Assembly: GCA_037141835.1 (NCBI GenBank)
Contig: JBAXBU010000007.1
Location: 365 to 64,364, forward strand
DNA length: 64,000 bases
Direction of reading: 5' to 3'
DNA from: Armatimonadota bacterium
GTDB lineage: Bacteria; Armatimonadota; Fimbriimonadia; Fimbriimonadales; Fimbriimonadaceae
A model generated the notes under the pieces. It saw nothing but the letters and a program-made list of their open reading frames with translations, was not told the origin of the DNA and did no database searches. Of the stretch, positions 18,485 through 27,778 are shown piece after piece. Both the position numbers and the translations under genes were made by a program. Positions within the stretch are counted from its first letter, which is position 1, and each line of letters begins with the position of its first letter.

Positions 18485-19039
18485 ATGAAAGTTGTCGTTT
18501 CCGCTGTTCTTGCGATTCCTGTGCTCGTGTCTCTTGTAGCTTGGAAGGGCTCAAGCGAGTTTCCCAAATTTGTCACCAACAAAACGTTATATGCGAAAAA
18601 TGACTTTCGCGGAAAGGAATTCAAAACCTTGCAGTTTGGAAAAGTGCTTTCCGGAAGTATTCCTGCACCCAAAGACCTAAAGGGCAAAGTTTTGCTCATC
18701 GATTTCTGGGCAACTTGGTGTGGTCCTTGCCGGGCAGTCATTCCTGAGATGAATGAATGGAAGACCAAATTCGAGAAGGATCTGGTTATCGTTGGGGTTA
18801 GTAACGAAAAGCCTGAAGTGATTCAGGAATTCATGAAAGGCACCAAAATGGACTACGCAGTCACGACGGATATTGACAAGACGATGTCAAAAATTCTCGG
18901 TGTCGAGGGAATTCCCCATGTCTTGATCATTTCTCAAGACGGCATCGTTCGATACCAAGGCTTTCCATCTCAAGCCGAGGACAAGCTCACGACTGAGAAG
19001 CTTGAACAGATAATCAAGGCAAATCGAGAGCTGAAATAG
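18485..19039 (+). CDS. TlpA/ResA-like thiol-disulfide oxidoreductase
   Basis: N-terminal anchor; LIDFWATWCGPC; GIPHVLII. Confidence 0.9.
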   Translation: MKVVVSAVLAIPVLVSLVAWKGSSEFPKFVTNKTLYAKNDFRGKEFKTLQFGKVLSGSIPAPKDLKGKVLLIDFWATWCGPCRAVIPEMNEWKTKFEKDLVIVGVSNEKPEVIQEFMKGTKMDYAVTTDIDKTMSKILGVEGIPHVLIISQDGIVRYQGFPSQAEDKLTTEKLEQIIKANRELK

Positions 19040-19049
19040 CTCTCGATTT
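19021..19049. terminator. Hairpin between convergent tlpA-like gene and lexA
   Basis: AAATCGAGAGCT-5nt-AGCTCTCGATTT 12-bp inverted repeat overlapping the stop codon. Confidence 0.5.
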
Positions 19050-19063
19050 GCATGAAACTTTCG

Positions 19064-19699
19064 TTAGAAGCTGTTAGCTTCGTAGTCCCGCATCAGCCCA
19101 ACAACTTTGCCAATCACTTCGGTCTGAGTTGGATCAACATCTATTGGCGGATGATCTGGGTTGCTTGAGAGAAGCTGGACACCCTTACTGGTTTTATAGA
19201 TTCTCTTAATCGTGGCTTCTTCGCCAACGCGCACCGCCATTACATCATTGCCGTGAAACGTCTTTTGTGGTCGAATGACAACAAGGTCGCGAGGCATAAT
19301 TCCATCACCAATCATCGAGTCGCCTTTGATGCGTAAGACAAATGCACCTTGTATATTTTTAACCATTTCGATTGGAACTGGAATGGTGCCCTCAATGTCG
19401 GCTTCGGCAGGAACAGTCAAAGCTCCAGCGGCAATTGATCCTAACAAAGGAAGCATGGTCACCCGAGAGTTCCCCGGTGTAAATTTCGGATGAGTGAGCT
19501 TAATTGATCGCGGAGTATTCGATCGAGAAATGTAACCCTTACGTTCAAGTGCATCCAGGTGAACGGTAACGCCACGGAGCGATCCAATTTCAAAATTTTG
19601 TCCAATTTCTCGAATCGAGGGAGGATATCCTTCGGTTTCTACGTAGTGAAGAATGAAATCCAAAATCTCTTCTTGTCGCTTAGTCAATCCCTTTGCCAT
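19064..19699 (-). CDS. lexA: SOS repressor LexA
   Basis: LTKRQEEIL..GYPPSIREIG wHTH; IAAG cleavage site; GDSM (catalytic Ser) and TIKR (catalytic Lys). Confidence 0.97.
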   Translation of the reverse strand: MAKGLTKRQEEILDFILHYVETEGYPPSIREIGQNFEIGSLRGVTVHLDALERKGYISRSNTPRSIKLTHPKFTPGNSRVTMLPLLGSIAAGALTVPAEADIEGTIPVPIEMVKNIQGAFVLRIKGDSMIGDGIMPRDLVVIRPQKTFHGNDVMAVRVGEEATIKRIYKTSKGVQLLSSNPDHPPIDVDPTQTEVIGKVVGLMRDYEANSF

Positions 19700-19705
19700 A
19701 TTGCA

Positions 19706-19727
19706 CGTCTACCTGTAGCAGTAGACG
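19706..19727. promoter_or_regulatory. Candidate LexA operator CGTCTAC-N8-GTAGACG
   Basis: Perfect 7-bp inverted repeat between the -10 box and the lexA ATG; extra half-site GTCTAC at 19745-19750 next to the -35. Confidence 0.65.
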
Positions 19728-19728
19728 C

Positions 19729-19757
19729 ATTATACGCTTAGTTTGTCTACCTGTCAA
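19729..19757 (-). promoter_or_regulatory. Consensus sigma70 promoter of lexA
   Basis: Minus strand TTGACA (19757-19752), 17-nt spacer, TATAAT (19734-19729). Confidence 0.88.
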
Positions 19758-19816
19758 GAGGGATTCGGAAAAAATCCGTCATAATAACGGAGCAATAACT
19801 TTTAAGGTGAATCTGA

Positions 19817-21571
19817 TTGTCAATTAGTGTATTTCAAGAAAAAATCATAAAGGGCGGCTGCGGAAAGTTCGTCCTGATCTTCTGTGGCGCAGCCATGGTC
19901 TTTGGTATGGCGTTCTCGAATTGTAGCCGAGCCCAAAAGCTCTCGGCAACCGATATCAAGGGTGAGAAACTAAAGACATTCGCTACGGTTGGTGATGTCG
20001 AACTACCCAACTCGATGGTTGACTTAGCGATTGAGAATCAAAAGAAGAATTCTCAGCTTTCTCAGCTTCCGCCGGAAATGCTAGAAGGGTTGCCACCGGA
20101 TTACCAACTTCAACCAATTGCTGGCGGTATTTCCCAGACAGTTCAGCTAGCCGAAGTTTACGAAATTGCAAAGGGAATGGGCTATAAGTCAGACGATGAT
20201 TCTGTGAAGCAAGCCCTTCATTTCACGAGCGAAGCAGACTTTATGGCCAATATTCTGGATAGAGGCAAGAAGTCAGGCGAGCTAAAGGAAAATGCAACGC
20301 TAAAGGACCTCGAAGAGCTCGTGAAGCCACAGCTTCAAGGAAGAACCCTCAAGGACGTATTTACCGAGCAACAAACCGAACTCAATGCGGCTCTCAAAGA
20401 CCCTCAGAAGCAGCTTGGCGTAAGACTAAGTGGTGCTCAACAGTTTGTAATTGATAAACTTTCGGCTGGAGTGAATCCAACTGACGATGAAGTCAAAAAA
20501 GGTTTCGAGAATTACGAAATCAAGCGAATTCTTGCGAAGAGCACCGGAGCGGCAACCGACGCAGCAGCAAAAACTAAAATCGACAAAGCATATGCTGACC
20601 TCAAGGCCAATAAAGGTTTTGATGAAGTCATGGATATGTATACCGACGACCCAGGTCCTGATCCGAAAAAGAAGAAGAGCGAAAATGTCATTAAGCTTGG
20701 CTTGGACCAAGTTGAGAAAATTCCTGATTTCAAATCGATTTTGAAGCTGCAGCCAGGTGCTTATAGTGAAGTCGAAAAGGTTACTGAAGGCTATTCCATC
20801 GTGAAGTACGTTGGAAAGAAAGTTGACATTCCGAAAGACTACGAAGCGAAGAAGAATCAATACAAGCAACAAAAGGTTTCTCAGGATATTCAAAAGAAAT
20901 TTAAGGAAGAACTCGACAAGGTTGAGAAGAAAATTACACCTAAATTTGAATCCAAAGCTTACGAAGCAGCCTATCGATATCAAAAAGCCATGGCGACTCC
21001 AGCTGGTCCTGCTCAAGAGCAAGAATTCAAAGCTATCTTTGACCTAGCAAAGGGAGTTGAGTCGAATGACGATAAGCCAGAAATCGCAGCAATGGTTCGA
21101 CTAGCAACTATTCAACACTTGTACGACGCCCCTGGCGCTGACAAGAATAAATTGAAAGACGATCGAATCAGTGCTATCGAGAACTACTTGGGCTTTGCTA
21201 ACAGCTGGGCTTATCGAAAAGAAGTCATTGACTCATACAAAGAGAAGGGCGACAAGACGAAGGCGTTCGAACAATTGCTCATTGCACTTGAAAAGAATGT
21301 TCGGTTCGATAGCCAAGCTCAAACAACATTCTCAGACATATCGGCTAAGTTCCTTGAACTCCAAAAGGCTGGATTGGTCACAACCGAGCAAGAAGCTCAA
21401 TATAGGGCGAAGCAAAAGCTATGGCAAGAAGACAAGGCGAAGTACGACGCGGAAGAAGCGAAGTTAAAGAAGCAAAAGGAAGAAGAGGACAAGAAAGCAG
21501 CCGAGGAAGCCAAGAAGTCCAAGGGCAGCACTCTGACACCACCGCCTCCGACGAAAGCTCCAGGCAAGTAA
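19817..21571 (+). CDS. Membrane-anchored SurA/PpiD/PrsA-like chaperone (parvulin-like)
   Basis: N-terminal TM; SurA-N-like helices; KGFDEVMDMYTDDPG..YSEVEKVTEGYSIVK rotamase-like segment; Lys/Glu-rich tail. Confidence 0.6.
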   Translation: MSISVFQEKIIKGGCGKFVLIFCGAAMVFGMAFSNCSRAQKLSATDIKGEKLKTFATVGDVELPNSMVDLAIENQKKNSQLSQLPPEMLEGLPPDYQLQPIAGGISQTVQLAEVYEIAKGMGYKSDDDSVKQALHFTSEADFMANILDRGKKSGELKENATLKDLEELVKPQLQGRTLKDVFTEQQTELNAALKDPQKQLGVRLSGAQQFVIDKLSAGVNPTDDEVKKGFENYEIKRILAKSTGAATDAAAKTKIDKAYADLKANKGFDEVMDMYTDDPGPDPKKKKSENVIKLGLDQVEKIPDFKSILKLQPGAYSEVEKVTEGYSIVKYVGKKVDIPKDYEAKKNQYKQQKVSQDIQKKFKEELDKVEKKITPKFESKAYEAAYRYQKAMATPAGPAQEQEFKAIFDLAKGVESNDDKPEIAAMVRLATIQHLYDAPGADKNKLKDDRISAIENYLGFANSWAYRKEVIDSYKEKGDKTKAFEQLLIALEKNVRFDSQAQTTFSDISAKFLELQKAGLVTTEQEAQYRAKQKLWQEDKAKYDAEEAKLKKQKEEEDKKAAEEAKKSKGSTLTPPPPTKAPGK

Positions 21572-22299
21572 CACCGAAGCTAACTTTAGTTGCTTCACCA
21601 ATCGGTAACCTCGGGGATATATCCCCGAGGGCTTCGATTGCTCTTTCTGAGGCAGATTTCTGGATTGTCGAAGACACCAGGATTAGCGCCAAGCTAGCGT
21701 TCCATTTAGGAATCAAGAAGACGATGAGGGTCGCTCACGACCACTCAGAAGATTTTCAGCTCGAAAAATTGTTAGAAGAAATCGAATCTGGAAAGCATGC
21801 CGTACTGCTTACAGATGGTGGTGCTCCTGGCATTAGTGACCCAGGCGCTAGGCTAACAGACCTAGCTCATAATCGAGGAATTGAAGTAGACGGTATTCCA
21901 GGACCAAGCGCAGTGATCAACGCGTTAATGCTTTCTGGCTTTTATGCTCAGCGGTTCGCATTTCTCGGTTTCTTGGGTCGAACGCCAGGGGATATGAAGA
22001 AAGAGCTAGAGATATTCCGAGAATCTCCTTATACGATCGTATTGTTCGAGTCTCCATTTAGGTTCAAAAATCTGTTGAAAGCAGCTGGCGAAGTCCTCGG
22101 AGACCGTCGGTACGCTATCTGCAGAGAAATTACAAAAAAAAATCAGCAAGTTTTCCGCTCAGAATTGCCGACAATTCCTAGTGAGACCGACGTGCCTTCA
22201 AAAGGTGAATTTACGATCGTAATTGAAGGGCGAAGGAAAAAACTTGAAAGGCAGAAATATGTTAATATCTTAGTTCAAGGGCAAAGTGAAAAGAATTAA
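21572..22299 (+). CDS. rsmI: 16S rRNA (cytidine-1402-2'-O)-methyltransferase
   Basis: LVASPIGNLGDIS, EDTR, TDGGAPGISDPG, IPGPSA, LFESPFR, CREITK. Start codon unresolved (see findings). Confidence 0.93.
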
Positions 22300-23239
22300 A
22301 TTAGGGAAGATTGCAATATGGGTTTCTTTGCTTGGTATTTTGGCGAGTGTGGCATTTGGTCAAAAGTCCTTTGATGAAAAGACATACAAGCTTAAACCGG
22401 AGGATGTCCTCAGAATCCAAGTGTTCAATCAGCAACAGATTGGCGCTGATATTCCAATTGGAATCGATGGATACATCGGAGCCCCATTTGTTGGCAACTT
22501 GAAAGTTGAAGGGAAGACGGTAAGCGAAGTTGAAAGCATGCTTTACACCTTGTATGTTTCAAAGCTTAAATTACGAGACCCCATTATTTCAGTCTCGATT
22601 ATTTCCTACCGGAGGCTAAAAGCAAACGTAACCGGAATGGTTCAGCGATCCACAGAATTCTTCTTTAGACCTGGAGATACGGTCATGACGCTTTTTAGTG
22701 CCAGCGGCGGAGAAGTGCCCGACCAAACCGACCTCAGAAAGGCGACTTTGCGACGAGAAGGATCTAAAGAACTCATCCCCATCGATCTCTATGCGATGAC
22801 GGTTCTCGGAGATAACTCACAGAATTTTAACCTTCAAGATGGAGACATTCTCAACATCCCTCGAGAGCAAAAGAACCGAATTCTTGTCATGGGCGCTATT
22901 AAGGCACCTGGCCTTTATCCATATCGTGAAACAATGCGTCTTGCCGATGCGATTGGTATTTCGGGAGGAGAAATCCGGTACCTATCACGACTTTCAAAGT
23001 GTTTCATCCTGAGAGAACTCCCTGGGCGACCTGGTGAATACCTCAGAATCAACGCTGATTTTGTTAAATACATTAAGAGTGGAGACTTTGCTCAAAACGT
23101 GAAGTTGATGCCGGGCGACTTGGTCTACATCACCGAGACCAATACTCCAGACGCGAATCAGTTGCAGTCAATTGCTAACTCTGCGTTCGTATTGAACACA
23201 TTCACTTCATTCTTAGGATTCAAATTCCTCAGAAACTAA
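22286..23239 (+). CDS. Polysaccharide export protein (Wza/Poly_export + SLBB domains)
   Basis: YKLKPEDVLRIQV, DGYIGAPFVGNLKVEGKT, SLBB repeats. Confidence 0.85.
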   Translation: MKRIKLGKIAIWVSLLGILASVAFGQKSFDEKTYKLKPEDVLRIQVFNQQQIGADIPIGIDGYIGAPFVGNLKVEGKTVSEVESMLYTLYVSKLKLRDPIISVSIISYRRLKANVTGMVQRSTEFFFRPGDTVMTLFSASGGEVPDQTDLRKATLRREGSKELIPIDLYAMTVLGDNSQNFNLQDGDILNIPREQKNRILVMGAIKAPGLYPYRETMRLADAIGISGGEIRYLSRLSKCFILRELPGRPGEYLRINADFVKYIKSGDFAQNVKLMPGDLVYITETNTPDANQLQSIANSAFVLNTFTSFLGFKFLRN

Positions 23240-23259
23240 TCACGCTGCGAACTTGGAAA

Positions 23260-23288
23260 GGAGGTAGGGAACCCTACCTCCTTTTTTT
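23260..23288 (+). terminator. Rho-independent terminator
   Basis: GGAGGTAGGG-AA-CCCTACCTCC followed by T7. Confidence 0.85.
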
Positions 23289-23398
23289 GTGCCATAATCT
23301 TTCTGCGATGCTTGTACTCCGACGTCAAAGCCAGTTCTCATAAGACCTCCATAGCAGGTCCGGCTTCGTCGTGAATTTTTACTTTTTACAAGCATTAC

Positions 23399-24601
23399 AT
23401 GAAGTTACCAACTCAACTTTTTTCGGCATCATTGTGTCTGCCCAACAACGCAATTTCGTTTTCAATAGCGAAAGCGTTGCGTATGGCGGCCACCGACCAA
23501 GCTGTACTTGAAACTGAGGATTGGGATTTTGATCCCGTTGCTTACGCCAATTCTGGCGGATGCGAACTCATTTTTAGGGACGACGCATACGGCCATTGGA
23601 AGGCCGAATGGAATGACAGTCAAATTGACATGTCTCCCGAAAGCGCAGTCATGGATATGAATTGGCGAGGCGAGCGACTAACCGTTGTTCGCGCAACCAT
23701 GCATAACTGTGATCGAATATGGTTCATCGTCGGCAAGACCATCGTCTTGTGTGAACAGTTTTTCCAAGCCGTTTGCACCTGGAACTCATCGGGTACGGGA
23801 GCAATAGCCGTCTTCGAAGAGGGATATTTCTCTCGAGACGAAGAACTGAGGGAGCAAATTAAAGAGAAGCAACTCTCGGATCTCGTTCTCAACGAAGACA
23901 TTCTTAGCAAACTAGCCGGCGGGGTTCGCGACTTCTTTACCCAGAAGGAGTGGTACGGACAAAGTTCAATTCCTTGGAAGCGAGGAGTAATTTTGCACGG
24001 GCCTCCAGGAAACGGCAAGACGCAAACCATCCGAGCGTTAGTGAATGAACTAAATGTTTCGACAATCTATGTTCGATCACTATACGATCGCCACTTCAAC
24101 TCAGAGAAGTGTCTTAATCGAATCTATAAACGAGCAAGGGAGACTGCCCCAAGCATCGTGATTATGGAGGATGTTGATTCACTCATCAATGACCGAAATA
24201 AATCCTACTTTCTCAACGAGTTAGACGGCTTTCGGACGTTAAGTGGTGTGATGACGGTTGTAACCACGAATCACTTAGAAAAGCTGGATGTTGCGATCCG
24301 AAATCGTCCAAGTCGATTCGATGTGGAAATCGAGTTTCCAAATCCATCGGCGGAGAGTCGGGCGGCATATTTGGGTGAATCACTTTGTCTGACGAAGCTG
24401 AAGCCTGAATTTGCTACCTTAGTGATCAAGCGAACCAAAGGTTTGTCGTTCGCTGGACTACAAGAGGTTGTACGATCCTCAATTGCTAGGCATATGAAGA
24501 TCATGAACCTGGAGAGTGCCATTACCCAGGCACTCGATGAAGTCGTGGGTGAACGGAAAGTCAACCCGACCAAAGCCAAGAAAAAGAAGCCGAGCAAGTA
24601 A
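23399..24601 (+). CDS. AAA+ ATPase with uncharacterised N-terminal domain
   Basis: Walker A GPPGNGKT, Walker B IMEDVD, SRH TTNHLEKLDVAIRNRPSRFD. Confidence 0.9.
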   Translation: MKLPTQLFSASLCLPNNAISFSIAKALRMAATDQAVLETEDWDFDPVAYANSGGCELIFRDDAYGHWKAEWNDSQIDMSPESAVMDMNWRGERLTVVRATMHNCDRIWFIVGKTIVLCEQFFQAVCTWNSSGTGAIAVFEEGYFSRDEELREQIKEKQLSDLVLNEDILSKLAGGVRDFFTQKEWYGQSSIPWKRGVILHGPPGNGKTQTIRALVNELNVSTIYVRSLYDRHFNSEKCLNRIYKRARETAPSIVIMEDVDSLINDRNKSYFLNELDGFRTLSGVMTVVTTNHLEKLDVAIRNRPSRFDVEIEFPNPSAESRAAYLGESLCLTKLKPEFATLVIKRTKGLSFAGLQEVVRSSIARHMKIMNLESAITQALDEVVGERKVNPTKAKKKKPSK

Positions 24602-24691
24602 TTGCTCGGCCCATTGGCTTGCACAGTTCTTTCGCCATCGTACTTGTCGCGACGAAAGGTACACTATGTCTTCCCGCACGGGACCTTCCTT

Positions 24692-26488
24692 ATGGATCAA
24701 TCGCGCATCCGCAACTTTTGCATCATCGCGCATATCGATCATGGCAAGTCAACACTTGCTGACCGCCTCATTGAGCGGTGCGGTGCCATTCGCGGAACTG
24801 CCCAGGAGCAGATGCTTGATTCGATGGATATCGAACGTGAGCGTGGAATCACCATCAAAATGGCGGCTGTCCGCCTTTTGTATATCGCCAAAGATGGACT
24901 CGAGTACGAGCTTAACCTTATTGACACCCCAGGGCACGTTGACTTTACTTACGAAGTATCTCGGGCTCTAGCTGCTTGTGAAGGCGCATTGCTCGTAGTA
25001 GACGCGAGTCAAGGCGTTGAAGCCCAGACCATTGCGAACGCCAGCATGGCGATGACCCAGAATTTAGAAATCGTTCCCGTCATTAACAAAATTGACCTTC
25101 CTCATGCCGACGTCGAACACGCTCGACGCGAAATTGAAATGGCAGTTGCAATCGACGCAACAGACGCCATTCCTTGTTCGGCAAAAGCGGGAATTGGAAT
25201 TGATGAAATCCTCGAAGCAATTGTTGCCAAAGTTCCTGCACCCCAGGGTGATGCGAACAAACCACTTCGCGCACTCATTTATGACAGCCACTTCGATGCA
25301 TACCAAGGCGCGGTAGCGTACATCCGGGTCATCGACGGCTCGATCAAGAAAGGCGACCGAATCCAAATGATGGCTTCGGGCAAAGACTACGTCATTGACG
25401 CCACGGGCCACTTCGGTCCCGGGCTAACGGTTAACGATGGTTTGAATTGTGGCGAAGTAGGCTTCATCGCTGCCGCCATGAAGTCCATCGGTGATGCGCA
25501 AGTAGGTGATACTGTCACCCTTAAAGAGAATCCATCCAACGAGGCGCTGCCTGGCTACCGTCAAGCCCTGAGCATGGTTTTTTGCGGACTCTATCCAACG
25601 GACGGTGATCAATACGAAGACCTTCGAGATGCGATCGGAAAGCTTAAGCTCAACGACGCTTCACTCCAGTTTGAACCAGAAACATCTGCCGCCCTCGGCT
25701 TTGGATTCCGTTGTGGCTTCCTTGGTCTTCTCCACATGGAAATTGCTCGAGAGAGGTTAGAGCGAGAATTCAATCTTGACCTGATCCTCACGGCGCCAAG
25801 CGTTGACTATATTGTTAACAAAAAAGATGGCGAAATGCTCCACATCTCGAACCCGAGCGAATTTCCGGATGCCAACGAAATTTTGAGCATCCAGGAGCCA
25901 ACCGTAAAGGCAACCATCATGGTTCCGGTTGAATATGTTGGAGCGGTCATGAACCTCTGCCAAGATCGTCGCGGAACCTACACCAAAACGGAGTATCCGA
26001 CGCCTCAGCGAGTCATTCTTTACTACACCCTCCCGCTTGGCGAAATCCTCATGGACTTCTTTGACAAGTTGAAGTCGGGAACGAGGGGTTATGCCTCCTT
26101 CGATTACGACATTGACGAGTATGTGGTCTCCGATCTGGTTAAACTTGACATTCTCCTCAACGGGGATATTGTTGATGCTCTGAGTTTCATTGTCCATAAG
26201 TCGTTCTCCTATAACCGCGGACGTGGGGTTGTTGAACAGCTTCGAAAGGTTGTACCTAGACAACAATTTGAAGTCCGAATCCAAGCCGCCATTGGTTCCA
26301 AAGTCATCGCCGCTGATACGGTCAAACCGTACCGAAAGAACGTTATTGCAAAGTGCTACGGTGGCGATATCAGCCGAAAGCGAAAACTGCTTGAAAAGCA
26401 AAAAGAAGGTAAGAAGCGAATGAAGCAAATCGGCTCGATTGAACTTCCGCAAGAAGCTTTCCTTAGCGTTCTGAAAGTTACGGAATAG
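24692..26488 (+). CDS. lepA: Translation elongation factor 4
   Basis: [56 protein letters not shown]; start MDQSRI at 24692. Confidence 0.98.
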   Translation: MDQSRIRNFCIIAHIDHGKSTLADRLIERCGAIRGTAQEQMLDSMDIERERGITIKMAAVRLLYIAKDGLEYELNLIDTPGHVDFTYEVSRALAACEGALLVVDASQGVEAQTIANASMAMTQNLEIVPVINKIDLPHADVEHARREIEMAVAIDATDAIPCSAKAGIGIDEILEAIVAKVPAPQGDANKPLRALIYDSHFDAYQGAVAYIRVIDGSIKKGDRIQMMASGKDYVIDATGHFGPGLTVNDGLNCGEVGFIAAAMKSIGDAQVGDTVTLKENPSNEALPGYRQALSMVFCGLYPTDGDQYEDLRDAIGKLKLNDASLQFEPETSAALGFGFRCGFLGLLHMEIARERLEREFNLDLILTAPSVDYIVNKKDGEMLHISNPSEFPDANEILSIQEPTVKATIMVPVEYVGAVMNLCQDRRGTYTKTEYPTPQRVILYYTLPLGEILMDFFDKLKSGTRGYASFDYDIDEYVVSDLVKLDILLNGDIVDALSFIVHKSFSYNRGRGVVEQLRKVVPRQQFEVRIQAAIGSKVIAADTVKPYRKNVIAKCYGGDISRKRKLLEKQKEGKKRMKQIGSIELPQEAFLSVLKVTE

Positions 26489-26587
26489 TATTCAGACACA
26501 AGTTAGGACACTTTTTCATTTGCGCTGCCTTTTGTTCGGGTACCAAACAATTCAGAAATTCAAGTCATAAGGCTATAAACTGAGATC

Positions 26588-27760
26588 ATGATTCTCGCAG
26601 CTCTTGTCCTTGCCCCAACACTCTTCGTCCCGGGGTTCACAGCATACTCAGAACCAAATGACGAAGGAATTCCCATCGAGCAAAATGGCGCAGGTCCGTG
26701 GCGAGACGCTAAGCAAAGCCTCGTTTGGATTGGTGACCTTAAAGCAGGGAACCTAAGCCTTCAGTTGAAGGGCGGTAAGCCTGGAGTCAGTTTCTCGGTA
26801 CAGATAGACAACAAAATTGAAAGGGTATCCAATAGCCAAGTTGCTCAGTTCATCATTAATCGGCCTGGCTATCGAAGGATTACTGTTCACGTGTCCCCAA
26901 GCAGCTCGTCGGACTTTGGCACGATCCAAGGACTTCAGCTTGCAGGTTCTGCCCTTGAAGGCGCAAGGTTCAACCTCAAGGAACGACGCAATTGTGCAAG
27001 CGTCCACCTTAAATATCTGTTAGAAGCTACCGAAAAAGCGGAGTGGTTCTATAACGAGATTCGCCCAAAGACTGACCCCAAGTACACTTATTACGAGGCG
27101 TGTGGCTGGCACCGAGGTTATTTCGGAATCCAGGTGAACTCACCAACTGAGCGACGTATTATTTTCTCCGTGTGGGATGCCGGAAAGGAAGCAGTTGACC
27201 GAAATAAAGTCGGTGATGATAATCGAGTGAAACTGCTGAAGAAAGGGGAAGATGTCGTCGCCGGAGACTTTGGCAACGAAGGCACCGGTGGACATAGCCA
27301 CCTGGTCTACAACTGGAAAACAAATGCGGTTCATCGATTCTTGGTACACGCAGAACCAAAAGGAGACGCCACAATTTACTCTGGCTACTATTACTTCAAC
27401 GAGAAGAAGCAATGGGGGCTCATCGCTAAATTCCGAGCACCAAAAGACGGCTCCTTCATGAAAGGCTTGTACTCATTCAACGAAAATTTCGGCGGTAGCA
27501 ATGGCAATCTCCAACGCATGGCTGAGTTTGGACCCGTATTTATCGGCGGAAGCGACGGCAAATGGAAGGAACACCTCGAAGCCCAATTCTCGTGTGATGC
27601 TACAGGCAAAGCAGACCGGTTCGACTACGCGGCTGGTCCAAAGGGCGACCGGTGGATGCTGAGTAATGGCGGAGCGTTTGCCAATGGCGTCAAATTTGGC
27701 GACAAGTTCAATCGCTTCAATTCTGCGACACGACCACCAAAGGAACTCCCTACCGACTAG
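26588..27760 (+). CDS. Secreted DUF3472/DUF5077-type protein
   Basis: EWFYNEI..YTYYEACGWHRGYFGIQVNSPTERRIIFSVWD, FGNEGTGG, SFNENF recalled as DUF3472 family motifs. Confidence 0.75.
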   Translation: MILAALVLAPTLFVPGFTAYSEPNDEGIPIEQNGAGPWRDAKQSLVWIGDLKAGNLSLQLKGGKPGVSFSVQIDNKIERVSNSQVAQFIINRPGYRRITVHVSPSSSSDFGTIQGLQLAGSALEGARFNLKERRNCASVHLKYLLEATEKAEWFYNEIRPKTDPKYTYYEACGWHRGYFGIQVNSPTERRIIFSVWDAGKEAVDRNKVGDDNRVKLLKKGEDVVAGDFGNEGTGGHSHLVYNWKTNAVHRFLVHAEPKGDATIYSGYYYFNEKKQWGLIAKFRAPKDGSFMKGLYSFNENFGGSNGNLQRMAEFGPVFIGGSDGKWKEHLEAQFSCDATGKADRFDYAAGPKGDRWMLSNGGAFANGVKFGDKFNRFNSATRPPKELPTD

Positions 27761-27778
27761 AATCGGGAAATGTGACGT

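Noticed and set aside
20426-21022. 198-aa hydrophobic minus-strand ORF
   Set aside because: Phe/Leu richness is the mirror of Lys/Glu codons in the sense SurA-like gene.
23320-23372. c-di-GMP-I riboswitch or SRP RNA match for the structured leader
   Set aside because: Only fragments resemble them (GACG.CAAAGCC; CAGGTCCGG); the GNRA loop/receptor and the SRP GGAAGCAG motif are missing.
25757-26452. 231-aa minus-strand ORF
   Set aside because: Antisense shadow of highly conserved lepA; no motifs.
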